DNA of 64,000 bases. Origin: an uncultured delta proteobacterium (GTDB lineage: Bacteria; Desulfobacterota; Binatia; UBA9968). The stretch lies in assembly GCA_963804165.1 (NCBI GenBank), contig CAWDPO010000003.1:160001-224000 (forward strand). Direction: 5' to 3'. The notes beneath the pieces are model-generated. The model was not told the DNA's origin. It did no database searches and saw nothing but the letters and a program-made list of their open reading frames with translations. Positions 1 to 9,092 of this stretch are shown piece by piece (within the stretch, counting starts at the first letter, position 1; each line of letters opens with the position of its first letter). The position numbers and the translations under genes are program-made.

Positions 1-316
1 ACTTGTAGAAATATTCATTGGGAAAATTATCCGCCGTACGGCCCGGACGATCGATATAATTACTGAACGCCGCGAGAAACTTTCCCGGGCGGGCCAGCGG
101 AGAACGCAGTTGCACGCTATCCAACGGTACGCCGCTCTGTTGTGCCATGATTTTTTCGAAACGGCGCCGATACTTGCGCCAGCCTTCGATGATTTCTTCG
201 ATTACGCGCTGCGGCCCCTTGGCCTTGCGCGCACTCACGCTGTCGCTCACATCGACGACCATGTTATTGTCTTTGACGACGCCGATTCTGTCATCGTTGA
301 ATCGTAGGATTTTCAA
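1..316 (-). CDS. Fumarylacetoacetate hydrolase family protein, N-terminal part (runs off window start)
   Basis: Manual translation from TTG at 316 with SD GAGAGGAG: MKILRFNDDRIGVVKDNNMVVDVS...VQLRSPLARPGKFLAAFSNY...EYFYK, the typical FAH N-domain followed by P-x-x-x-PGK...NY. Not in the ORF track because it is truncated. Confidence 0.7.
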   Translation of the reverse strand, partial: MKILRFNDDRIGVVKDNNMVVDVSDSVSARKAKGPQRVIEEIIEGWRKYRRRFEKIMAQQSGVPLDSVQLRSPLARPGKFLAAFSNYIDRPGRTADNFPNEYFYK

Positions 317-468
317 TGCAATCTCCTCTCGTGGGAATTTTCGGCTTATAATTGCGACAATGACCGGGAGTTGTCAAACCAAAATCCCACGCCATTGTAC
401 CCCCAAGATCGCGGGGCTTGCCTTTTCAAATCGTCGGGTTTGTTGTAATCCAATGCCAGGAGGACGCC

Positions 469-1557
469 ATGCTGCTGATCAACAACCAGGAAGTCGAAAA
501 GCTGTTCACGATGAAAGATTGCCTCGCTGCATTGGAAGACGGATATGACGATTTGCTTAAGGGCGACGCGGTGTATCGGCCGCGCTTAGACTTATGGATG
601 CCCTGTGACCGGCCGGACGGCTATTATCGCTGGGGTACGATGGAAGGCGCGAGCCGGAAGATCGGCGTGTTCGCGATTCGCATGAAATCAGATGTCGTCT
701 ATTGGCCCAACGGCGAGACGGAAGAGAAGTACTGCATGCAGCCGGGCACGTGGTGCGGATTGGTGATGGTCTTCAGCGTGCGTAACGGCGAACCGCTCGC
801 GATTATTAATGATGGACTGATCCAACATATGCGCGTCGGTGGCTGCGCGGGTTTGGGCGCAAAATATTTGTCTCGCGAAGACGCCTGCGATATCGGCATC
901 TTCGGATCCGGCGGCATGGCGCGCAGTTATTTGGAAGCGTTCTATGAGGTGCGCAAGCTCCGCCGCGTCAAAGTCTACAGCCCGACGATAGCAAACCGCG
1001 AGCGGTTTGCCAGAGAGATGACGGGAAAATTAGATATCGAAGTCGTGGCCGTCGACACGCCGGAAAAAGTCGTGCGCGATGCCGATATCGTGGCCACCTG
1101 TACGGACTCGACACAGACGGTCTTCGACGAGCCGGACTGGCTGAAAGAGGGCGCGCACATTACCTCTGTCCGCGCCTGTGAGATCGGCCCGCGCGTGATC
1201 CAGACCTGCGATCTCTCGGTGAAGCTGGGCAAGAATACGATTGAAGCGATGGACGAGGGCATGGTTCGCTTGCACGGCAACGTCGGTTACATCGCTGGCC
1301 AGCCTGAGGAACGCGCGCGCATCCCGAATCCGAAGGTGGATAATTATAAAGGCGACTACTTCAAATATTTCATGGATGTCCGGGCGGGAAAGGTTCCCGG
1401 GAGGACGAATAACAAACAGGTGACTTACTTCATCAACGCAGGCACCCAGGGTCTGCAGTTCGCCGCCTGCGCGGGCAAGGTCGTCGAATTGGCGAAGCAG
1501 AGAAAAGTCGGCCGCGAGCTGCCGACGGAATGGTTTTTACAAGATATCAGGGATTGA
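469..1557 (+). CDS. Ornithine cyclodeaminase / mu-crystallin family protein
   Basis: SD AGGAGG before ATG 469; MLLINNQEV start, RVGGCAGLGAKYL, Rossmann GIFGSGGMA, ADIVATCT, C-terminal GLQFAA. Confidence 0.9.
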   Translation: MLLINNQEVEKLFTMKDCLAALEDGYDDLLKGDAVYRPRLDLWMPCDRPDGYYRWGTMEGASRKIGVFAIRMKSDVVYWPNGETEEKYCMQPGTWCGLVMVFSVRNGEPLAIINDGLIQHMRVGGCAGLGAKYLSREDACDIGIFGSGGMARSYLEAFYEVRKLRRVKVYSPTIANRERFAREMTGKLDIEVVAVDTPEKVVRDADIVATCTDSTQTVFDEPDWLKEGAHITSVRACEIGPRVIQTCDLSVKLGKNTIEAMDEGMVRLHGNVGYIAGQPEERARIPNPKVDNYKGDYFKYFMDVRAGKVPGRTNNKQVTYFINAGTQGLQFAACAGKVVELAKQRKVGRELPTEWFLQDIRD

Positions 1558-1628
1558 ATTCGTTTAAGGTTTCGTGTTTCGGGTTTAGTGTTGTCCGGAA
1601 AGACGCTGAACTCGGAATTCGCAATGGC

Positions 1629-2000
1629 TCAGTATCCCAAATCTTCGATCTCCTCTTCGTCCATACCGAAATAGTGGGCGATTTCGTGCAAAACCGTCAG
1701 GCGGATTTCTTCCTGGAGCTCCTCGGGATCGGGAAAATCTTCGAGCAGCGGTGCAGCGAATATGGTAATCTTGTCCGGCAGGAGCGGCGGATCGAGACTG
1801 GAACGATCGGGTAACGGCACGCCTTGATAGATACCGTAAAGGGTATCGTGGCGCGGATCCAGTCCTTCGGCGCGCAGGAGTTCGCGAGACGGTCGTTGTT
1901 CCACGACAAATTCGACATTGCGCAACTGCTCGCGAAAGTGGCGCGGCAACCGATCGACGACGCGGGCGACTTCTTTCCTGATTGCCTGGTAATCCAACAC
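1629..2000 (-). CDS. Minimal zincin-like metallopeptidase (DUF1025-like)
   Basis: LYGIYQGVPL, PDKITIF, TVLHEIAHYFG (HExxH). Confidence 0.85.
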   Translation of the reverse strand: MLDYQAIRKEVARVVDRLPRHFREQLRNVEFVVEQRPSRELLRAEGLDPRHDTLYGIYQGVPLPDRSSLDPPLLPDKITIFAAPLLEDFPDPEELQEEIRLTVLHEIAHYFGMDEEEIEDLGY

Positions 2001-2017
2001 GCGTAAGTGTCTCGCAA

Positions 2018-3232
2018 ATGTTTTCTCGCTTCAAGCTTTTCAGCCTGTGCGCTCTAGTGCTCACGGCTTCGGTTCTTTCGGGTTGTGTTTCGCCGCTGAC
2101 GCCCGGTGGTAAAAAAGCTCCATCAAAACCGGCCGCCTTCGGCGACGATCTCGATGTCGATTCATTGCGCAACGCCCTTCGACACAGCATCGGTTACTTG
2201 CAAAAGCTACCGCCGGAGCGCGTCGTCGGTGAACAGCCGCGCCGGTTAACCGCCAAGGAGATTTTAGATTCGCTCACGGTTTTCGAGAAGGCGCTCGATC
2301 ATTGGCATTGCGCCGAGTGCTTTGCGCGTGAAATCAACGGGCGTTTCGACGTGGTGCCATCGAGTTCCAACACCGAGCTGTCGCAGGTCTTGTTCACCGG
2401 CTATTATCAGCCGGTCATCGATGGCAGCCCCGTGCGCACAGATAAATTTCGCTATCCGCTTTACGGCAGGCCGCCTGATCTTATGAGCGCCGAAAAGGTG
2501 ACCCTGACGCCGCAAGTGAGCGTCGAAAAGATTGTCGGCCGAGCTCAAGGCGAGCAATTCTTGCCGTATTTTACACGCCGGCAAATCGACGAGGAGGGTG
2601 CGTTGCGCGGGCGCGGCCTCGAGATCGCTTGGGTTGCGGATCCGGTGGAGCTTTTTTTCCTGCATATCCAAGGTTCCGGTATTATCCGTCTGCCGGACGG
2701 CGCTGAATTGAGCGCGGGCTACGCCGCGCAGAACGGCTGGCCCTATCGCAGCATTGGCCGGTTGCTCATCGATAGCGGCAAGCTTGCCAAAGAGGAAATG
2801 TCGATGCAACGCTTGCGCCGCTATCTCAATGACAATCCCGGCGAGCAAAGTGAGATCCTGACATACAACGAAAGCTACGTTTTTTTTCGTGTGAACCCGG
2901 TGGGACCGCTGGGCAGCCTGGAAGTGCCGGTCACGGCGGGGCGGTCGATTGCTACCGACTCGCGGCTGTTTCCCAAAGGGGCGCTCGCCTTGATTCAAAC
3001 GGAAATCCCGATCATTGATAGCGCCGGAGGATTGACCGGCTGGCGTCCGGTAACGCGCTTCGTGCTCAATCAAGATACCGGCGGCGCGATCCGTGGTTTG
3101 CAGCGGGCCGACCTCTTTTTTGGCACCGGGAGCGTCGCGGAAGGATTGGGAGGTTACATGAATCGCGCGGGAAAAATATTCTTTCTGATCTTGAAGCAGG
3201 ACCGGCGGAACTCCGATAAGGATGGCAATTAA
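2018..3232 (+). CDS. mltA: Membrane-bound lytic murein transglycosylase A
   Basis: Lipoprotein signal LSGC; FTGYYQP, FFLHIQGSG, NESYVFF, RSIATD, QDTGGAIRG..RADLFFG (3D domain). Confidence 0.93.
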   Translation: MFSRFKLFSLCALVLTASVLSGCVSPLTPGGKKAPSKPAAFGDDLDVDSLRNALRHSIGYLQKLPPERVVGEQPRRLTAKEILDSLTVFEKALDHWHCAECFAREINGRFDVVPSSSNTELSQVLFTGYYQPVIDGSPVRTDKFRYPLYGRPPDLMSAEKVTLTPQVSVEKIVGRAQGEQFLPYFTRRQIDEEGALRGRGLEIAWVADPVELFFLHIQGSGIIRLPDGAELSAGYAAQNGWPYRSIGRLLIDSGKLAKEEMSMQRLRRYLNDNPGEQSEILTYNESYVFFRVNPVGPLGSLEVPVTAGRSIATDSRLFPKGALALIQTEIPIIDSAGGLTGWRPVTRFVLNQDTGGAIRGLQRADLFFGTGSVAEGLGGYMNRAGKIFFLILKQDRRNSDKDGN

Positions 3233-3367
3233 CGGAGGCGGAAACGGGGCGCGCGGGCCGTCGCATCGGCCGCGGAATGCGCGATGCCCGCCGCTCTGAA
3301 ATTTATTCCGCGGCGCGCTTGAGCGATAATTTTCTGAAGAGTAACCTAGACATCACGCGATAGGGAA

Positions 3368-4240
3368 ATGGAACGCCATACTGAAACGCGACGACTGCAG
3401 TGGGCACTGGCCATCAGCTCCATGTATTTTTTCGCCGAGTTGATCGCCGGCTTTCTCACCAACAGCTTGGCGTTGTTATCGGACGCCGGCCATATGCTGT
3501 CCGATATCGGCGCGTTGACTTTGAGCCTGTTCGCGTTCCGCATGGCGCGGCGGCCGGCGACGATGCATCGGACCTACGGCTATCATCGCATCGAAATCCT
3601 GGCGGCGTTGTTTAACGGTCTCACATTATGGTTGATCGTGGGGATCATTTTTGCCGCGGCTTACGGTCGTTTGTCTCATCCACCGGAGGTCGAAAGCTAT
3701 GGCATGATGATCGTCGCCATCCTTGGCCTGGCCGTGAATTTGACCGCCGCGGCGATCTTGCATGGAGGACATCGTCACAATTTGAATCTGCGCGGGGCTT
3801 TCTTGCACGTTCTGAGCGACGCCTTGGGCTCGGTGGGGGCGATCGTCGCAGGGATCGTGATGTTAACGACGGGCTGGTATCTCGCCGACCCGGTCATCAG
3901 TATTTTTATCGGTGTGTTGATTCTCTTTTCTTCGTGGAGCTTGGTGAAGGACTCTCTCAGCGTGCTGATGCAGACGGTCCCCAAAGGCATCCAACTCGAA
4001 GAAGTCCGCCGCACCATCGAAGCGGTCGATGGCGTCAGCGCCGTTCACGACCTGCACATCTGGGCAGTCACGTCCGATATCTTCACGCTGAGCGCGCATG
4101 CGGTCGTGGTAAACGGCGGGGATTTTCATCTCGTCCTAAACGGCATCGAAGATACGCTTAGAGAGCAATTCAATATCGAGCACACCACGATCCAGCTGGA
4201 GACCGAGAGCCGGGAGGACAAGGAGTTCAAGCCGTTTTAG
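3368..4240 (+). CDS. czcD: Cation diffusion facilitator (Zn/Co/Cd efflux, CzcD/ZitB-like)
   Basis: SLALLSDAGHMLSD, TYGYHRIE, NLRGAFLHVLSDALGS, VHDLHIW, HTTIQLE. Confidence 0.9.
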   Translation: MERHTETRRLQWALAISSMYFFAELIAGFLTNSLALLSDAGHMLSDIGALTLSLFAFRMARRPATMHRTYGYHRIEILAALFNGLTLWLIVGIIFAAAYGRLSHPPEVESYGMMIVAILGLAVNLTAAAILHGGHRHNLNLRGAFLHVLSDALGSVGAIVAGIVMLTTGWYLADPVISIFIGVLILFSSWSLVKDSLSVLMQTVPKGIQLEEVRRTIEAVDGVSAVHDLHIWAVTSDIFTLSAHAVVVNGGDFHLVLNGIEDTLREQFNIEHTTIQLETESREDKEFKPF

Positions 4241-4278
4241 CCGCTTCACGAAACCTTGCGCGCTTTGGAAGCTAGTTG

Positions 4279-5418
4279 ATGAAACGAAGCACGGTCATTA
4301 CCGGGATCCTTGTTGCGGCCTTTGTTCTGGGCACCGGCTATTCACTGTGGAATTACGCCGGCAACAGGGAATCGGTTGTCATTTCGGGCAATATCGAAGC
4401 GGATGACGTTCACGTCGGATCAAAAATCGGCGGACGAGTGATCAAAGTGGTGGCTCGTGAAGGCGAGACGGTCAAGGCCGGAGAAACCCTGTTACTTCTA
4501 GAGCCTAGGGAGCTCGATGCGTCCCTGGCTGAAGCCCAGGCGAACCTGCGGCAAGCGGAAGCCAAATATTCGCTTCTCCGCGCTGGATATCGCAGCGAAG
4601 AGATCGACCAGGCCGAAGCAGCGCTGAAGCAAGCGCAGGCCGAGCTGGCCCATTTAACGTCCGAACCGCGATATTGGCAGATCGAGCAGGCCATGGCGGA
4701 CTGGGTGGAAGCGAAAGCCCAGGCAGAGAACGCGCGCAAGTCCTTGAAGCGCGTGGAAGAGCTCAGCAAACGCGATCTTATTGCCAGGCAAGAGTTGGAC
4801 GACGCTGCCGTGAGAACGGCCGAAGTCGAGCAAAAAGTGAAGGCGACGGGCCAGCGCTATGATTTGCTGGTGGCAGAGACGGGTCAGGAGGACCTGGAAC
4901 GTCCATGGCAGCGCGTGGTCGAAGCAAATGCCAAGCTTCGCCAGCTCCGCGCCGGCTACCGCAAGGAAGAAATCGCTCAGGCAAAATCCGGGCTCGAAGC
5001 GGCGCAAGCGAAGGCACATTGGATCCGCACCCAGTTGGATGAAACCGTAATCAAGTCGCCTGTGGATGCTTTGGTGGAAACCCTGGATCTACAAACCGGC
5101 GATCTCGTGGGCGCGGGCAAACCGGCGGTCACATTGCTGCGCACGGGGAGCCTATGGGTGCGAGCTTACCTCCCGGAGGCGCAATTGCGGTTCGTGCACC
5201 CGGGCGATAAAGCATCGATTCGCGTCGACTCTTTTCCCGACAGAATTTTTGGCGGCGTCGTACGCCGTATTCATCGCCAAGGCGAATTTGCCCCGCGCAA
5301 CGCAAGGACTGATGAAACGCGCGTGTTGCAAGTGTTTGAGACTGAAGTCAGGATCGACGACCCCGATCATGTGTTGAGGCCGGGAATGAGCGCCGCAGTC
5401 GCGATCCTAAAAGGCTAG
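4279..5418 (+). CDS. HlyD-family membrane fusion (efflux adaptor) protein
   Basis: N-terminal TM, SGNIEA..VGSKIGGRV, long coiled coil, LWVRAYLPE, LRPGMSA. Confidence 0.88.
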   Translation: MKRSTVITGILVAAFVLGTGYSLWNYAGNRESVVISGNIEADDVHVGSKIGGRVIKVVAREGETVKAGETLLLLEPRELDASLAEAQANLRQAEAKYSLLRAGYRSEEIDQAEAALKQAQAELAHLTSEPRYWQIEQAMADWVEAKAQAENARKSLKRVEELSKRDLIARQELDDAAVRTAEVEQKVKATGQRYDLLVAETGQEDLERPWQRVVEANAKLRQLRAGYRKEEIAQAKSGLEAAQAKAHWIRTQLDETVIKSPVDALVETLDLQTGDLVGAGKPAVTLLRTGSLWVRAYLPEAQLRFVHPGDKASIRVDSFPDRIFGGVVRRIHRQGEFAPRNARTDETRVLQVFETEVRIDDPDHVLRPGMSAAVAILKG

Positions 5419-5477
5419 TGTCGGCGGCGGGCAACGGATCCCACGGGCAATCGCGCCGCCGTCGCCCGTAGCGCGGT

Positions 5478-6698
5478 TTAAGTCGCGCTTGCGCTCGAAA
5501 CTACGCGCTGCGAGCGCGGCAATAAACAAGCCATTAAAGCGACGCTGACGATCGAAAGAATCCCAAGCATCCAGAAAATCGTCGGCAGCTCGGCGCTGAT
5601 CAGGAGCAAGCCGACGATCGATGTCGACGCGGTCTTGGAGACTTGTTGAATCAATCGGTCGAAGGAAACAATCCCGCCGCGCAACTCCGCCGGAGCGTTT
5701 TGGGTGAGCAGGCTTTTCTGCATGGGTGAGATAACGCCGTTGGCGAGGCCGTAGAAAAAAAGTGCACCGCCGACCAGCCACGCCCCATGGACAAAAGGGA
5801 CGGCGAGCACGGCGGCGCCGCTGACGACGAAAGCGAGGAACAAAATATTGGCCTTGTCGTGGCCGGCAGCGATGCGCCCCGCCTGGCTTGATGTCACCAT
5901 CGCACCGACGGAAAAAAAGATATACAGGAACCCCGCCGTCGCCATTGAGATGCCCTGCGTGCGCACGAGAAAAAGCGGAAAATAAGTAAGAAAGCCGTAG
6001 TCAAGAAAGAAGCGCAAAAAACCCGCGCAAAACGCGATCACCAGCCGCGGATGGCGCGTGAGCCGCAACATGTCGCCGAGATAAGTCAGGGGCTTCTCGC
6101 CGGTCTTGCCTTTGGTTTCGGGCATCCAGAACAATGCGATCAAGCCCACGGGTACCGCGATCACGTAACAGGCGAAAGGCCAAAACCATGCGATGGTGGC
6201 GAGTAAGCCGCCGAGGGGTGGAAATACGAAGTAACCGATGCGGTCGAGAAAGACTTTGAGGCCTTGGCCGCTGATTTCGTTGTCGCCTTCCAAAAGATCA
6301 CCGATCAGGACGATGGTGAGCGGGATGACGGCGCTGAAGCCGATGCCTTGAAGAGCTCTAAAGGCGAGCAGCCAGCCGAAAGTGGGCGCGAACGCCATCG
6401 CCACGCCGAAAATTCCGAAGACGATCAATCCGAAGCCAAGCAACAGGCGCCGCCCGTGTAAGTCAGCGATCACGCCGAAGATCGGCGACAGCACGATCGC
6501 CGGCGCGGTAAATAACGTCATCACCCACGAGAGCTGTGCGTCGGTGACGCCGAACGTTTGGGAAAGCGCCGGTAAGGCCGGCTGGATGAAATTGACGCCC
6601 ATCATCAGGGTGATGCTCGAGGCGTACACGATGCTCAACGCGCGCGCCTTTGCTGGCGCCATCTTGTCCATGCCGAACAATGCTGTGATTGACGTCAT
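5478..6698 (-). CDS. MFS transporter
   Basis: About 12 hydrophobic segments, motif A GVIADLHGRR, FRALQGIG; start may be a few codons downstream. Confidence 0.88.
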   Translation of the reverse strand: MTSITALFGMDKMAPAKARALSIVYASSITLMMGVNFIQPALPALSQTFGVTDAQLSWVMTLFTAPAIVLSPIFGVIADLHGRRLLLGFGLIVFGIFGVAMAFAPTFGWLLAFRALQGIGFSAVIPLTIVLIGDLLEGDNEISGQGLKVFLDRIGYFVFPPLGGLLATIAWFWPFACYVIAVPVGLIALFWMPETKGKTGEKPLTYLGDMLRLTRHPRLVIAFCAGFLRFFLDYGFLTYFPLFLVRTQGISMATAGFLYIFFSVGAMVTSSQAGRIAAGHDKANILFLAFVVSGAAVLAVPFVHGAWLVGGALFFYGLANGVISPMQKSLLTQNAPAELRGGIVSFDRLIQQVSKTASTSIVGLLLISAELPTIFWMLGILSIVSVALMACLLPRSQRVVSSASAT

Positions 6699-6752
6699 GG
6701 ATCGACGGTAAGAGAAGTGGTGGTAGCAGTCAAGCGCGGAAGGGGCGGTGTA

Positions 6753-6820
6753 ATGGAGGAATTGGAGTACTGGAGTATTGGGTTATAAATCCCAACACTC
6801 CAGTACTCCAATACTCCATC
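6753..6820. repeat. Palindromic intergenic repeat, TGGAGTA(T/C)-tandem family
   Basis: TTGGAGTACTGGAGTATTGGG...CCCAACACTCCAGTACTCCAA inverted arms; related copies at 26950-27000 and 44006-44080. Confidence 0.8.
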
Positions 6821-6894
6821 ACCCCAGGTTCCGATTGCGCTTGTGCCGTGATATGCATGTTCGCGACTTATTGTTTGACTCGGAGGAACCGCCC

Positions 6895-8325
6895 ATGCCC
6901 CAAGACATGCGCACGTGGATCACTCAACTGGAAAAAGCCGGTTTGTTGGCGCGCATCAGTAAGCCGGTCGATCCGCGCACGCAAATGGGCGCGCTGCTGT
7001 GGCAGGCGCGCGACCGCGGATTGCTGTTCGAAAATCTTCCCGGCTATCCCGGTTGGCGCTGCTTGGGCCAAGCACCGGGTGACGTGTCGCTGGCGCCGGT
7101 GGCCTTTGGCACGCCTCGTGACGAGATGATTCCGGAGTTCGTGCGTCGAACCGAGAAGCTCGGGACGACCCGTTTGGTCGAAACCGGGCCGGTGCAACAA
7201 AAAGTCGTCGTTGGCGATGACGTCGATATCACCCAGATGCCGATCCATCAGGCGGGCATTCGTGACGGCGGACCGTTTATCGGCTCCGGATTGATGATCA
7301 CAAAAAACCCGGAAACCGGGCGTCGCAACTTGAGCTTTCATCGTCTGCAAATGAAGGGTCCGAAGAAGACTGGCATTCTATTGTATCCGCGCCACGCCTG
7401 GAGCAATTACCAAATGTACGAAGCCCAGGACAAGCCGATGCCGGTGGCGATCATGATCGGCCATCATCCGATGTATTACTTCGCGGCCGCGACGACGACG
7501 CAGTATGGTGTCGACGAGTTGGAGATTGCTTCCGCTCTCCTCCAGGAGGAAGTGGAGCTGGTGAAGTGCCGAACCGTCGATTTGGCAGTGCCGGCGTTCG
7601 CGGAGATCATACTCGAAGGGGAGATCCCGCCAAAAGTGAGAGAGCCAGAAGGCCCGTTCAGCGAGTTTCAAGATTACTATCTCACTGGTTCCGGCATGAA
7701 TCCCATCGTCAATATCAAGGCCATCACGATGCGCGGCGACGCGATTTTTAAAAACGTCCAGAATGGCACCGAAGTCGAGGGCTGCGTGTACCACAAAGTG
7801 CCGATGTCGGCACAGATTCTGCGCCGCGCGCGCACCGTCGGCGGCTCGGCCGATGTCAGAAACGTTTTAGTGATGCCGGGGATTTTCGGTGTGGTCGTGC
7901 AGATGAAGCCACGCTATTACGGCGAAGCGAAAAACGTTTTGATGTCGGTGCTGTCGAGCGAGTATCAGCATCCCAAAATCGCCATTGCCGTCGACGTCGA
8001 CGTCGATATCTTTAACTATGCGGAAGTGCTCTGGTCGATCAACACGCGGGTCAACCCGGCAGAGGACATCACGGTTATTCCGGGGTCAAAAATTCATGCG
8101 ATGGATCCGTCCTGTCCGGAGTTCGGTCATCCCGGAGCGCCAGGGTGGCACCGCATCGGCGGTAAGATGATCATCGACGCAACGAAACCGCCCGAGTGCG
8201 ATGCCAAACGGCGCGAGGAATTCGAACGGTTGCGTCCGATGGGCTGGGAAACGGTAAATTTGGAAGATTATCTGCCGGCCGGGTCCGCGCCGCTGCGCTT
8301 TAAGCCGAAGATCCCGGGAAGCTGA
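6895..8325 (+). CDS. UbiD-family (prFMN-dependent) decarboxylase
   Basis: SD GGAGG; DGGPFI, NLSFHRLQ, AEIILEG, EPEGPFSEF, VDVDVDIF..EVLWSINTRVNP, KMIIDATKP. Confidence 0.92.
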   Translation: MPQDMRTWITQLEKAGLLARISKPVDPRTQMGALLWQARDRGLLFENLPGYPGWRCLGQAPGDVSLAPVAFGTPRDEMIPEFVRRTEKLGTTRLVETGPVQQKVVVGDDVDITQMPIHQAGIRDGGPFIGSGLMITKNPETGRRNLSFHRLQMKGPKKTGILLYPRHAWSNYQMYEAQDKPMPVAIMIGHHPMYYFAAATTTQYGVDELEIASALLQEEVELVKCRTVDLAVPAFAEIILEGEIPPKVREPEGPFSEFQDYYLTGSGMNPIVNIKAITMRGDAIFKNVQNGTEVEGCVYHKVPMSAQILRRARTVGGSADVRNVLVMPGIFGVVVQMKPRYYGEAKNVLMSVLSSEYQHPKIAIAVDVDVDIFNYAEVLWSINTRVNPAEDITVIPGSKIHAMDPSCPEFGHPGAPGWHRIGGKMIIDATKPPECDAKRREEFERLRPMGWETVNLEDYLPAGSAPLRFKPKIPGS

Positions 8326-8332
8326 AAGATTC

Positions 8333-8410
8333 GTTCAAGGTTCAATGGTTAAAGGCGAGGGATAGGCCTGAAAAAAATATCTTGAACTTTTGAACCTTGA
8401 ACGTTTGAAC
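8333..8410. repeat. GTTCAAG/CTTGAAC palindromic repeat between convergent genes (possible bidirectional terminator)
   Basis: GTTCAAGGTTCAA...TTGAACCTTGAAC; half copy at 19668-19696. Confidence 0.6.
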
Positions 8411-8430
8411 GGTCGCGCATCAAGCGCGGG

Positions 8431-8676
8431 TTATTCTTCGGATTCGCCGAAGTAATCTCTTACGATCCTTTCCTTTATGTACTCCAAGGCGCCTAGATCT
8501 TGAATGATATCGCCGCCGGTATCGTAGAAGAAAATGTCGCCCTGGTGATTTCTACCGATGGCGACCAGCCACTCCAATTCATCGCGGTCTTCCAACATGA
8601 AATTAATCGCTTGATTAGCGCCCTTGCTGGCAATGATGGTGACTTTCGGTTTGGCGTTTTTTCTTGCTTCGGTCAT
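8431..8676 (-). CDS. Small hypothetical protein (81 aa)
   Basis: SD AGGAGG upstream of ATG; natural-looking composition. Confidence 0.7.
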   Translation of the reverse strand: MTEARKNAKPKVTIIASKGANQAINFMLEDRDELEWLVAIGRNHQGDIFFYDTGGDIIQDLGALEYIKERIVRDYFGESEE

Positions 8677-8850
8677 GGACGATCCTCCTGAGTGCAGAGT
8701 GAGTCTATATCAGAAGCCCAAACGCTACAACTTGAGGAAAAGCACCTCAGAAATTCCTTGGCTCGTTGCTGTATACGACTGAAGAAAGTTCTATGGTTGC
8801 GCATTGTTTTGGAGAGCCGACGCTGCGTTGCTCGATCGGCCAGAAGATAC

Positions 8851-9037
8851 AATCTAACCACGAAGGTCACGAAGTACGAAGCTTCAAGAGTCTCGATATC
8901 CGATGCCTTGTCGTTCTTTTGTTACTGTCCGTCAAGGTTTTCCCGGCTTGGGCAAATTCGGAATCGGTTTTCCTGACGCTCTTTGCGCGAGATACTCAGA
9001 TTCGGTTGTGCCTCGCTGGACATTTCGTGGTTAGATT
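8851..9037. repeat. 187-bp segment bounded by perfect 14-bp inverted repeats (MITE/REP-like)
   Basis: AATCTAACCACGAA (8851-8864) / TTCGTGGTTAGATT (9024-9037); related CCACGAAGGTC also at about 47215. Confidence 0.6.
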
Positions 9038-9092
9038 CCTTTTTCCGCATCGAGTTTTGGTTTTGCCGCGCGGCGTTCGGCGTCACTGAGAC

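Noticed and set aside
1585-3073. Long alternative-frame ORFs in the track (e.g. 1585-2190, 2264-3073 and many similar)
   Set aside because: They overlap well-supported genes and are typical GC-rich shadow ORFs without motifs
6753-6820. Short repeats as a possible CRISPR array
   Set aside because: No regularly spaced direct repeats with unique spacers, and no cas genes anywhere in the window
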